Positions 45,507 through 54,045 of a stretch of DNA of 64,000 bases are shown here, in pieces (the first letter of the stretch is position 1; each line of letters begins with the position of its first letter). The position numbers and the translations under genes were made by a program. Source of the DNA: Acidobacteria bacterium UBA2161 (GTDB lineage: Bacteria > Acidobacteriota > Vicinamibacteria > Vicinamibacterales > UBA823); NCBI GenBank assembly GCA_002328835.1, contig DCWN01000043.1, positions 81,740 through 145,739 of the forward strand, written 5' to 3'. Under the pieces are notes generated by a model. The model was not told where the DNA came from, ran no database searches, and saw nothing but the letters and a program-made list of their open reading frames with translations.

Positions 45507-45950
45507 TTATCCGGTCTGCAGTAGCTCGGTGCCGGTCAGCGGTCCGATGCACGTCGAACCGGCGTAGTCGACCCGGATCGTGTTGCCTTGGAGGCGGGCC
45601 ACGCCGGTCAGCTGGAAGGCACAGGTCAATCCCTGGGGCGTCGTCGCCAGGCCGCTCACCGAGAGTTGCAGCGTGTCGCCGCTGAGTTGGCCGGTCCCGT
45701 CGCCGGTCAGCAGGATGCCGTCACAGTTTGCCGAGAACGTGCCGCTGAGGCCGTCGCCGTCGGGCGCGAGGCTCCAGTCGAAGTCCTGGCATGCGTCGGT
45801 CACCTGCTGGAGGTCGGCCGACCGCCACCTGCCGAGGTACCCTTCGAGTTGGTCAGACGACGAGGTCGGGGAGCTGGCCCGCTGCAGGTCGCAGCCGCCC
45901 GTCAAAATCGTGATCGCAGCCAACAGGGTTGTAACGGTTCGTCGCCCCAT
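45507..45950 (-). CDS. lipoprotein of unknown function
   Basis: ATG at 45950. Lipobox LTGGC, and four further Cys residues that suggest disulfides. Confidence 0.6.
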   Translation of the reverse strand: MGRRTVTTLLAAITILTGGCDLQRASSPTSSSDQLEGYLGRWRSADLQQVTDACQDFDWSLAPDGDGLSGTFSANCDGILLTGDGTGQLSGDTLQLSVSGLATTPQGLTCAFQLTGVARLQGNTIRVDYAGSTCIGPLTGTELLQTG

Positions 45951-46025
45951 GGTGCCCTCCACCGCCCTGAAATGGGCTCGAAAGCAACGTGAGGCGAACT
46001 AGAGTGCAAGCGCGCTGCCAGTTGG

Positions 46026-46562
46026 CTACTGGAACCCGTGCCGGTGGAGGTGTCCGTCGAGATAGTCGCGTAGCGCCTCCCGCGTGCTGCGGAACGCGAG
46101 TTCATCCCACGGGAGCTCGTCTCGAGTGAAGAGCCGGATCTCGAGTGACTCGTCGCAATGGCAGAGCGTGCCCCCGGTCGCCGTCGCGGCATACACGGCG
46201 ATGACCGGCGCACGGCCGGCGTACGAATAGATGCTGACCAGCCCGTCGAGTCGGACGGCGAGCCCGGCCTCTTCGAGCGCCTCGCGGATCGCCGCGGCCT
46301 TGATCTCCTCGCCGCGGTCGACGTAGCCCCCGGGAAAGACCCACTTGCCGTAGCCGGGTTCGATGGCCCGCCGCACGAGCACGATCCGCTCGTCGTCCAT
46401 CGCGATGATCGTGCCGACCGCCAGCTTCGGGTCGAGATAGACGATGTGATCGCACGTCACGCAGACGAGCCGCTCGGGTTCGCCGGGCTTGAGCCGCCGC
46501 CGCTCGAGCGCGTCGCCGCACAGCGGGCAGAAGCGGTAGGCAGGTTCTTCGGCTGGCGTCAT
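46026..46562 (-). CDS. Nudix hydrolase with an N-terminal zinc ribbon
   Basis: Trimmed to the ATG at 46562. CPLCG...CVTCD zinc ribbon and Nudix box GGYVDRGEEIKAAAIREALEEAGL. Confidence 0.85.
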   Translation of the reverse strand: MTPAEEPAYRFCPLCGDALERRRLKPGEPERLVCVTCDHIVYLDPKLAVGTIIAMDDERIVLVRRAIEPGYGKWVFPGGYVDRGEEIKAAAIREALEEAGLAVRLDGLVSIYSYAGRAPVIAVYAATATGGTLCHCDESLEIRLFTRDELPWDELAFRSTREALRDYLDGHLHRHGFQ

Positions 46563-46590
46563 CGGGTCAGGGCCGTGGGTTCGCCTCACG

Positions 46591-46596
46591 TATAAT
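46591..46596 (+). promoter_or_regulatory. -10 box (TATAAT) 7 nt upstream of the def ATG; leaderless-type promoter
   Basis: CACGTATAATCGGCGGGATG. Confidence 0.45.
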
Positions 46597-46603
46597 CGGC
46601 GGG

Positions 46604-47128
46604 ATGTCCATCCTGAGAGTCGCGCGCATGGGCAACCCCGTGCTGCGCGAGCCGGCGCGCCAGGTCGATCCCTCCGAGCTGCGAACGCCGGCGGTGCAGA
46701 AGCTTATCGACGACATGATCCAGACGATGGTCGAGTATCAGGGCATCGGCCTCGCGGGCCCGCAGGTGCACGAGCGGCGCCGGATCTTCGTGGCCGGAGT
46801 GGAGAACGGCGACGACCCGACGCGGCTGACCGTCGTCGTCAACCCCGAACTGACGCTGCGGGGTGATCCGCAAGTCGAAGACTGGGAAGGCTGCCTGAGC
46901 ATTCCCGATCTGCGCGGCAAGGTGCCACGCGCGCCAGAGGTCGAGTTGAACGCGCTCGACCGGCACGGTGAGCCGCTGCGGCTGACGGCCCACGGCTTCG
47001 CCGCGCGCGTCATCCAGCACGAGACGGACCACCTCGACGGCGTGCTGTTCGTCGATCGCATGCGGTCGTTCGACTCCCTGACTCATCTCGACGAGTTCTC
47101 CCGCTTCTGGACTCCAGAGCAGGAGTAG
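46604..47128 (+). CDS. def: peptide deformylase
   Basis: Motifs seen: GIGLAGPQV, EGCLSIP, HETDHLDG. Confidence 0.92.
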   Translation: MSILRVARMGNPVLREPARQVDPSELRTPAVQKLIDDMIQTMVEYQGIGLAGPQVHERRRIFVAGVENGDDPTRLTVVVNPELTLRGDPQVEDWEGCLSIPDLRGKVPRAPEVELNALDRHGEPLRLTAHGFAARVIQHETDHLDGVLFVDRMRSFDSLTHLDEFSRFWTPEQE

Positions 47129-47167
47129 TCCACCGATCGACGCGCTTCCGCGGCGACTCCCGACGCT

Positions 47168-48808
47168 TCATGACTCACGGCGTTTCTTTTCGCTGGCGCG
47201 CTCGGCCTTGAGGCGCTCCAGGTCCACCTCCGAGTGATCCGTGAACCGCATCGCCTCGGCCACGGCGCGATGTCCCGCCTGCTCGGCGATCAGCGTGTGC
47301 ATCGCCTGGCAGACCCGCCGGTAGGCCGGGTGGCCCTGCGGCGCGCTGCGCAGCTCGATGACGTGCATCGCTTCGCGGGCGTTCATCTGCATGTAGAACC
47401 GGACGCGGTAGGCCATGGCGACCGCGTAGGGCGCCACCCGCTCGAGGCCCGCGTCGTGCAGCGCGTCGTGCAACGCGGCCGACGATTCCATGACTTCGCG
47501 CCAGTCGGCCAGCGCTCCGGCCTCCTCGAGCGCCGCGGGTTCGGTGAACCCGTGGGTGGGCGTCAGATCTTGCCACTCGATCGTCAGCAGTCGATGGCGC
47601 TGCAGATCGCGAAACGCGCCGTAGTCCGACAGCACGTCGAACCGATACCCGGTCCGTTCGAAGGCGCGCCCCGGCTTGTGGCGCCGATTGGTCCGGTCGC
47701 CGATATAGGCGGCCAGCACCGCCGCGCGGTCGGCTGACGACATCTGCCGCGCGACGTCGAGCAGTTGATCGTCCGGGAGGTCCGAGGCAGCGTACAGTGC
47801 GGCCGCGACGATCTTCACCTCGCCGTCCGGATCGAAGTCGACCAGGGTCACCTCGTCGCGCGTCGAGCGGTCGATGCCGTCCAGGACGGTGTCGGAGACA
47901 CCTCTGATCGCGGATCGCGTCTCGCTCAAGTACTCGCTCCAGCGACCGCCGCGGTCGGGTCGGTCGACCCGGGTGAGGAACGCCGGGATCACCTTGCGCA
48001 ACTCGGCGAGCATCGCGTCGGCGTAGCGTCGTGCCTCGGCCAGCGGATGCGCGCGCATCTGGAGCAGCATCGCCTCGTAGGCCTGGCCCGAACCGAAAAT
48101 GCCGACGTTCGACTGGGTCGCCGCCGGCAGCAGGCCCCGGAGCGTGTCGAGAGCCTTGGCGCGGATCGCCGCGCGATAGACGCCGTCGGAATCGTCGGGG
48201 TCCTTCGGATGCCGCGCCCGGTAGTAGGCCTGCATCGGTTCGACCCATTGCGCATACACCTCGAACGCCCGGTCCAGGGTCTGGGCGAAGCGCGCGCGGA
48301 TCGGCGTGCCGTCGAGTTCCTCCGGCACCAGATACTTCCAGCGACCGCCCGGCCGATCGGTATACGGCACGTAGCGCGTCGACTGCTCGAGGTAGGCGGC
48401 CAGCCGGCCGCGCTCCAGAATCTTCGTCAGCAGGTTCGACGCGCTCTCGCACGCGACATGGGCGCCACCCAACTGCGCAACCGAGTCGTCGCCGTACTCG
48501 CTAAAGACACGCGTGAAGAGCCGCTCGGCGCGCTCCACGCCGACGGCCGGCGTCTCGGCATCCGCGGCGCCGACGTTGTCCGAGAACTCGTCGAGGAACA
48601 ACCGCCGCAGCGACTTCGCCGACCGCGAGTAGCGCGCGAAGAGGGCGCCCTTGACCACGTCGGGGAGGTTGGTCAGCGCGAAGACCGGTCCGTCGAGATT
48701 CGTGAAGTACGGGGCGAGGCGCCGACGTTCGTCCTCGGTGAACGATTCGGCGGGCGAGCGGGCTTCGGGCACGCCGTATAATAGTCGGGCTGCGCGAGAA
48801 CGCGTCAA
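47168..48808 (-). CDS. thyX: FAD-dependent thymidylate synthase, long (about 540 aa) two-domain form
   Basis: A ThyX-like fold appears twice. The C-terminal half carries QRHRLLT (RHRxxS/T ThyX motif). The track start is TTG; an in-frame GTG at 48772 is an alternative. Confidence 0.7.
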   Translation of the reverse strand: MTRSRAARLLYGVPEARSPAESFTEDERRRLAPYFTNLDGPVFALTNLPDVVKGALFARYSRSAKSLRRLFLDEFSDNVGAADAETPAVGVERAERLFTRVFSEYGDDSVAQLGGAHVACESASNLLTKILERGRLAAYLEQSTRYVPYTDRPGGRWKYLVPEELDGTPIRARFAQTLDRAFEVYAQWVEPMQAYYRARHPKDPDDSDGVYRAAIRAKALDTLRGLLPAATQSNVGIFGSGQAYEAMLLQMRAHPLAEARRYADAMLAELRKVIPAFLTRVDRPDRGGRWSEYLSETRSAIRGVSDTVLDGIDRSTRDEVTLVDFDPDGEVKIVAAALYAASDLPDDQLLDVARQMSSADRAAVLAAYIGDRTNRRHKPGRAFERTGYRFDVLSDYGAFRDLQRHRLLTIEWQDLTPTHGFTEPAALEEAGALADWREVMESSAALHDALHDAGLERVAPYAVAMAYRVRFYMQMNAREAMHVIELRSAPQGHPAYRRVCQAMHTLIAEQAGHRAVAEAMRFTDHSEVDLERLKAERASEKKRRES

Positions 48809-48827
48809 CCTCGCGCCGTCGTGGCCG

Positions 48828-49286
48828 ATGCCCCCGACCTTCCATCATTCGATCACCGTCCGCTTCCGCGACTGCGACGAACTGGGACACGTCAACAACG
48901 CGGTCTACTTCACCTACCTGGAGGAGGCTCGCTGGGCCTTCTTTCGACATATCCAGGAGCGGCTCCTGGCGCACGGCTGGAACCAGGGGGCCGATGTGCC
49001 GACCCAGCCGGGGACGATTCTGGCGCACGCCGAGTGTGACTACCGCTCGGAAGCCAAGTACGGCGATGTCCTGGAGGTTGGCGTGACGGTGGCCTCGGTC
49101 GGCCGCTCGAGTTTCGGCTACGAGTACGAAGTGGTCGACGCGGTGACCGGGCGGCTCGTGGCGAACGCCAAGTCCGTGCAGGTGTCGTACGACGCCGCCG
49201 CGAAGCGATCGATTCCCATTCCCGACGCGCTGCGCGCCACGCTCGAGGAGTGCCTCGCTGACCCTGCCGCGCAGGAGTCGAGATGA
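48828..49286 (+). CDS. acyl-CoA thioesterase (hotdog fold, YbgC/4HBT family)
   Basis: Trimmed to ATG 48828. Has VRFRDCDELGHVNNAVYFTYLEEAR, with the catalytic Asp near the N-terminus. Confidence 0.8.
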   Translation: MPPTFHHSITVRFRDCDELGHVNNAVYFTYLEEARWAFFRHIQERLLAHGWNQGADVPTQPGTILAHAECDYRSEAKYGDVLEVGVTVASVGRSSFGYEYEVVDAVTGRLVANAKSVQVSYDAAAKRSIPIPDALRATLEECLADPAAQESR

Positions 49287-49501
49287 CCAAACCGACCGTG
49301 CAGATCTTCGGCAAGGACACCTGACCGTACACCTCTGCCGCCCGTGAGGACTACGGCACGCGAGGCTTCGAAGTCGACTACGTCAATGTCAAGGCTGACG
49401 CCGATGGGTTCCGCCGGATGCTGGAGCATTCCGCGGGGCGGCGCGACGTGCCGGTCATCGTCGACGGCGGCCAGGTGACGATCGGCTTCGGCGGCACCTG
49501 A
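49283..49501 (+). CDS. glutaredoxin-like (YruB/NrdH-type) small redox protein with in-frame UGA at 49322-49324; candidate selenoprotein (U-P-Y-T motif)
   Basis: The ATG overlaps the thioesterase stop (ATGA). The read-through product is MTKPTVQIFGKDT[U]PYTSAAREDYGTRGFEVDYVNVKADADGFRRMLEHSAGRRDVPVIVDGGQVTIGFGGT. It has the Grx layout, with the TGA where the first Cys of CPYC sits and a conserved cis-Pro (VPV). Confidence 0.6.
49325..49360 (+). promoter_or_regulatory. candidate bacterial SECIS-like hairpin immediately 3' of the in-frame UGA
   Basis: There are two alternative folds. Fold 1: CCGUA(49325-29)/UACGG(49352-56) plus CCUC/GAGG. Fold 2: U36-G40 paired with C54-A58, then C41C42/G48G49, giving a CGUGA apical loop about 18 nt after the UGA and a 4-nt bulge. 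Confidence 0.35.
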
Positions 49502-49538
49502 GGGGTCTGACGGCTGCCGGTGGCAGCTGTTCTGCGGC

Positions 49539-50339
49539 ATGCGCTACGAAGTGATCCCGGCGCACAATCCGGGCCCCTACACCGGGGACGGCAACAACAC
49601 CTACTACCTGCCCGGTGCGACACCAGTGCTGATTGATGCTGGCACCGGCGATCCACGCCATCTCGACGGCGTGGCCGCCGCGGTCGCGGCCATGCCTGGC
49701 GGCGCGCCGCTGCAAGTGCTGGTCACGCACGGCCACGCCGATCACGCATCGGGCATCGACGCGCTGCAGGCTCGGTGGCCCGCGGCGACGGCGGCCAAGA
49801 TGCCCTGGCCCGAGCGGGACCGACACTACGCGGCGTCGTGGTCGCCGCTTGCCGACGGCGATTTGGTCCCCGCCGGCGACGGCACACTCCGGGCCGTGCA
49901 CACGCCGGGGCATGCTCCGGACCATCTCTGCTTCCTCGATGAGGTGTCGGGCCTGATGTTCGCGGGGGATCTGGCCGTCAGCGGCGGCACGGTGATGATT
50001 CCCGGGAGCGCGGGCGGCGATCTGTCCGCGTACCTCGCATCGCTCGACCGCGTCCTGAAGCTCGGGCCCGTGCGACTACTGCCGGCGCACGGGCCGGCAG
50101 TCGACGACCCCGCGTCACTCATTCAGAGCTACCTCGACCACCGTCAGCTACGAGAAGACCAGATCCTCGCCGCCCTTCGCGGTGGCGTGGACACCATCGA
50201 CGCCTTGGTGGCGCACGTCTACCCGGGCCTGGACGCCGCGCTCGTGCCGGCGGCGCGCGAGAGCGCGACCGCGCATCTCGAGAAGCTCAGGTCCGAGCAG
50301 CAGATTCGCTGCGAGGCCGACCGCTGGAGCGTCAACTGA
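49539..50339 (+). CDS. MBL-fold metallo-hydrolase (LACTB2-like, with a C-terminal winged-helix-like tail)
   Basis: Motifs seen: THGHADH, HTPGHAPDH, PAHGP. Confidence 0.8.
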   Translation: MRYEVIPAHNPGPYTGDGNNTYYLPGATPVLIDAGTGDPRHLDGVAAAVAAMPGGAPLQVLVTHGHADHASGIDALQARWPAATAAKMPWPERDRHYAASWSPLADGDLVPAGDGTLRAVHTPGHAPDHLCFLDEVSGLMFAGDLAVSGGTVMIPGSAGGDLSAYLASLDRVLKLGPVRLLPAHGPAVDDPASLIQSYLDHRQLREDQILAALRGGVDTIDALVAHVYPGLDAALVPAARESATAHLEKLRSEQQIRCEADRWSVN

Positions 50340-50384
50340 CGCCCGGCGTTCACTGCACTCTGGCTTGTGAAACAATCTGACTCC

Positions 50385-51170
50385 ATGGGCGCGAATCCAA
50401 AGGGCTATGCGAATCCCGAACTGGTCATCGCGCCGAGCGAACTGACCGCGCTGCTGGATTCGACGACTGAGGCAGCCGCGCCCGCCCTCCTCGACGTGCG
50501 TCCCGCCGAGGATTTCGCCGCCGGCCATCTCCCCGGGGCCTGCCATTTCGATCTGTACGGCCTCACCCTGCTCGACACCGATCCTGCGCCGCTCGACGCG
50601 TTCATGTTCATGATCAAGACGCTGCTCGCCAGCCGCGGCGTCTCCGCCGACGCTCCCGCGATCGTCTATGACGACAAGACGGGCATGCGCGCGGCGCGCG
50701 CATTCTGGTTTCTCGACTACTTCGGACACCGCCAGGCGCGCGGCTGGGAAGTGGCCCAAGGCCAGTCCGAACGGTTGGCCACCTGGCGGGACCTCGCCGA
50801 CCGCCTGGGGCAACCTGGCGTCGTGATGCTCGATACACGGACCGACGGCGAGTATGCCGGGACCACGAAGCGCGCGCGGCGCGGCGGCGCCGTGCCCGGT
50901 GCCGTGCACGTCGAATGGACCCGCAGTCTGGACGCCGACGGCGAGTTCAAGCCCGCAGCGGCCTTGCAGGCGATGTACGACGCCGCGGGTGTCACGGCCG
51001 ACAAGGAGATTCTCGCCTACTGCCACGGTGGCTACCGCTCCGCCCACAGCTATCTCGCCCTGCGGCTGCTCGGCTACCCGCGGGTCCGCAACTACGTCGG
51101 GTCGTGGAAGGAATGGGGCGACAGGGAAGACCTGCCGATCGAGCAGCCGGTGTCCGAACCGGCGGGTTGA
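50385..51170 (+). CDS. two-domain rhodanese sulfurtransferase (thiosulfate/3-mercaptopyruvate type)
   Basis: Active-site loop YCHGGYRS in the second rhodanese domain. ATG at 50385; the track start at 50367 is GTG. Confidence 0.8.
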   Translation: MGANPKGYANPELVIAPSELTALLDSTTEAAAPALLDVRPAEDFAAGHLPGACHFDLYGLTLLDTDPAPLDAFMFMIKTLLASRGVSADAPAIVYDDKTGMRAARAFWFLDYFGHRQARGWEVAQGQSERLATWRDLADRLGQPGVVMLDTRTDGEYAGTTKRARRGGAVPGAVHVEWTRSLDADGEFKPAAALQAMYDAAGVTADKEILAYCHGGYRSAHSYLALRLLGYPRVRNYVGSWKEWGDREDLPIEQPVSEPAG

Positions 51171-51191
51171 TCGGCTCCAACGAAAGGCCGC

Positions 51192-52583
51192 ATGAACGCC
51201 GTCATCGACTTCATCCATACGAACCGCGACCGCTACGTCGACGAACTGAAGGCCTACCTTGCCATCCCCAGCATCAGCGCGCTGCCGGAGCATGCCGCCG
51301 ACGTGCGGCAGTGCGCTGAATGGACCGCCGAGGAGATGCGCCGCATCGGGTTGCACGACGTGGTGCTGCACGAGACGCCCGGCCATCCGATCGTCTACGG
51401 CGAATGGCTCGGTGCGGAAGGTGCGCCGACGATCCTCTTCTACGGGCACTACGACGTGCAGCCCGTCGACCCGCTCGATCTCTGGGAATCGCCGCCGTTC
51501 GAGGCGACGGTGCGCGGCGGTGAGATCTATGCTCGCGGCGCGGCCGACGACAAGGGTCAGGTGTTCATGCACTTCAAGGCGATTGAGGCGCACCTGCGCC
51601 AGACGTCGAAGCTGCCCGTGAATATCAAGGTCGTGCTGGAGGGTGAAGAGGAGGTTGGCAGCGACAACCTCGACGCCTTCATCAACGAACACGTCGAGCT
51701 GCTGGCTGCGGACGTCGTCGTCATTTCTGATTCGCCGATGTTCGACCGCGGCGTGCCTTCGATCTGCTACGGGCTGCGCGGCTTGACGTACTTCCAGATC
51801 GACCTGCGCGGCACGAAGAGCGACCTCCATTCGGGATCGTTTGGCGGCGCGGTCGCGAATCCGGCGTTCGTGCTGGGCCAGGTGCTGGCCCAGATGAAGG
51901 ATCGTGGTGGCCGCGTGAAGATTCCGGGCTTCTACGACGCCGTGCGACCGCTACGCGACGAAGAGCGCGCCGAGTTCCAGAAACTGCCGTTCAACGAGAA
52001 GCAGTATCGTAAGGTACTCGGTGCGCCGAAACTGTTTGGAGAGAAGGATTACTCGACGCTGGAGCGCGTCTGGGCTAGGCCCACGTTCGAGGTGCACGGC
52101 CTACTGTCCGGGTTCACCGACGACGGGGCCAAGACGGTGATTCCGGCGGTCGCGATGGCGAAAGTCAGCATGCGGCTCGTGCCCGATCAGCAACCTGACG
52201 TGATTGCCAAGCTCTTCGAGGATTATGTGCGCAAGGTTACCCCGCGGACCGTGGAGTTGACCGTGACCCGGATGCACGGTGGACAGCCCTGGATGACCGA
52301 CTTCGACAATCCCTACGTGCAAGCGGCCGCCCGCGCGGTCGAACTAGGCTTCGGCCAGCGGCCGGTCTTCAACCGGGAGGGTGGGTCGATTCCGGTGGTG
52401 GCGACCTTCCAGCAGGTGCTCGACCTGCCATCGGTGCTTTTTGGCATCGGGCTGCCCGACGAGCATGCACACGCACCGAACGAACGGCTGGATCTCGGCA
52501 ATTTTCACAGTGGCATCATCGCGTCGGCGTTCCTGTACGACGAAATCGGCCGCCTGAGTGGCGAGCCGGCGCCGACAGGGTAG
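51192..52583 (+). CDS. M20-family dipeptidase
   Basis: Motifs seen: GHYDVQP, ARGAADDKG, EGEEEVGS, and the C-terminal HAPNE. Confidence 0.85.
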   Translation: MNAVIDFIHTNRDRYVDELKAYLAIPSISALPEHAADVRQCAEWTAEEMRRIGLHDVVLHETPGHPIVYGEWLGAEGAPTILFYGHYDVQPVDPLDLWESPPFEATVRGGEIYARGAADDKGQVFMHFKAIEAHLRQTSKLPVNIKVVLEGEEEVGSDNLDAFINEHVELLAADVVVISDSPMFDRGVPSICYGLRGLTYFQIDLRGTKSDLHSGSFGGAVANPAFVLGQVLAQMKDRGGRVKIPGFYDAVRPLRDEERAEFQKLPFNEKQYRKVLGAPKLFGEKDYSTLERVWARPTFEVHGLLSGFTDDGAKTVIPAVAMAKVSMRLVPDQQPDVIAKLFEDYVRKVTPRTVELTVTRMHGGQPWMTDFDNPYVQAAARAVELGFGQRPVFNREGGSIPVVATFQQVLDLPSVLFGIGLPDEHAHAPNERLDLGNFHSGIIASAFLYDEIGRLSGEPAPTG

Positions 52584-52623
52584 GATGTGCGATAGCACCC
52601 TACAGAAGGCGGGACAGCGAACC

Positions 52624-53295
52624 ATGCCAAGGCTGACCTCATTCGCGCCGGTCGTCGTCGGCGCCGCGGTGCTGCTGGCCGTACCCGGCTGCGGCGGCGG
52701 CGCGGGTGACGACGCCGACGCCGATGCGGTCGGCCTCCTCACGGCCGGCTACGACCCGGAGTCGGGCCGGCTCCAGCTGATCGAGTATGACGCCGACGAG
52801 AACGGCACCGTCGACACCCGCACCTACATGGATGGCTCCCTGTTGTTGCGCGTGGAGATCGACAACGACGAGGACGGCCGCGTCGACCGCTGGGAGTACT
52901 ACGATGCCGACCGCAATCTCGAGCGGGTCGGGATCTCCAGCCTGGCCGACGGCGTCGTAGATTCGTGGTTGTTCGAGGGGGCCGACGGGCGCGTGGCGCG
53001 GATCGAGGTCTCGACCTTGCGAGACGGCACTGTCGACCGCTGGGAGTTCTACGAAGACGATGCGCTGGCGCGGGTAGAGCAGGACACGACCGCCGACGGC
53101 GTCCCGGATCGTTGGGAAACCTTTACTGACGGGCGCGTAGCAACCATGGCGTTTGACGACAACGGCGACGATCGCCCCGACCGACGCCTGTCGTATGACC
53201 CGGAAGGCCGGTTATCGACGATCGAGAGCGATCCCGATGAGACCGGCGCGTATACCTCGACGGTCGAGGTGCCGGTTCCGCCAGGTGAAGGCTAG
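52624..53295 (+). CDS. lipoprotein built from repeated D-G-x-x-D-x-W-E-x-Y/F modules
   Basis: ATG at 52624 and lipobox AVPGC. About 6-7 repeats, e.g. EDGRVDRWEYY, RDGTVDRWEFY, ADGVPDRWETF. Confidence 0.65.
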   Translation: MPRLTSFAPVVVGAAVLLAVPGCGGGAGDDADADAVGLLTAGYDPESGRLQLIEYDADENGTVDTRTYMDGSLLLRVEIDNDEDGRVDRWEYYDADRNLERVGISSLADGVVDSWLFEGADGRVARIEVSTLRDGTVDRWEFYEDDALARVEQDTTADGVPDRWETFTDGRVATMAFDDNGDDRPDRRLSYDPEGRLSTIESDPDETGAYTSTVEVPVPPGEG

Positions 53296-53303
53296 GCAGA
53301 GTC

Positions 53304-54011
53304 ATGTCCCTTCGCATCGCGTTTGACATCGACGGCGTGTTCGCCGATCTCGAGAGCGCCTACGGCAAGGTCGTCCGGACGCTCTTCAGTGAGACGCCGG
53401 CGGATTCCGAGCCGCCGGACGCTGCCGAGCCGGCCGATGATCTGGCCGCTTCCGACGACATCGAACCTGTGCATCCGCCGGGCCTCACGCTCAGCAGGTG
53501 GCAGGAATCGGAGGTGTGGCGCGAGATCGAGGAGACCGAGAACTTCTGGGCCTCGCTGCCGCCCCTCGAGCCAGGCATCCTGAAGCGGGTGCAGGATCTG
53601 GCCGAGCGGCATCGCTGGGAGATCTTCTTCGTGACCCAACGGCCGGATACCGCCGGGGAGACCGTGCAGCGCCAGACCCAGCGATGGCTGATCGAGCAGG
53701 GCTTCGATCTTCCGAGCGTCGTCGTGATGTCGTCGTCGCGTGGTCGACTGGCTGAGGCGATGCGGCTCGACTACCTCATTGACGATTCACCATTGCACTG
53801 TGCCGACGCCGCGTCCGAATCGGACACGAAGCCGGTGCTCGTCGTCAGGCATGATGATCCCCAGAGGCGACGCGGGGCTCGCGAAATGGGTATCGCGATC
53901 GTGCCCACGGTCGCGGCGGCGCTCGATCTGCTCGAGCAGGCCCAGGAGATGGGCGACCAGCCCGGTTTCTGGAAGCGGCTGACCGATTCGTTCCGCGGCA
54001 GCCGCGGCTGA
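53304..54011 (+). CDS. HAD-superfamily hydrolase, 5'(3')-deoxyribonucleotidase-like
   Basis: IAFDIDGV (DxDG nucleophile motif), FFVTQRP, and a YLIDDSP-type motif IV. Confidence 0.65.
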   Translation: MSLRIAFDIDGVFADLESAYGKVVRTLFSETPADSEPPDAAEPADDLAASDDIEPVHPPGLTLSRWQESEVWREIEETENFWASLPPLEPGILKRVQDLAERHRWEIFFVTQRPDTAGETVQRQTQRWLIEQGFDLPSVVVMSSSRGRLAEAMRLDYLIDDSPLHCADAASESDTKPVLVVRHDDPQRRRGAREMGIAIVPTVAAALDLLEQAQEMGDQPGFWKRLTDSFRGSRG

Positions 54012-54045
54012 CGTCCGCCGGGCGCGACCGTTCCCGCCGCTGGGG

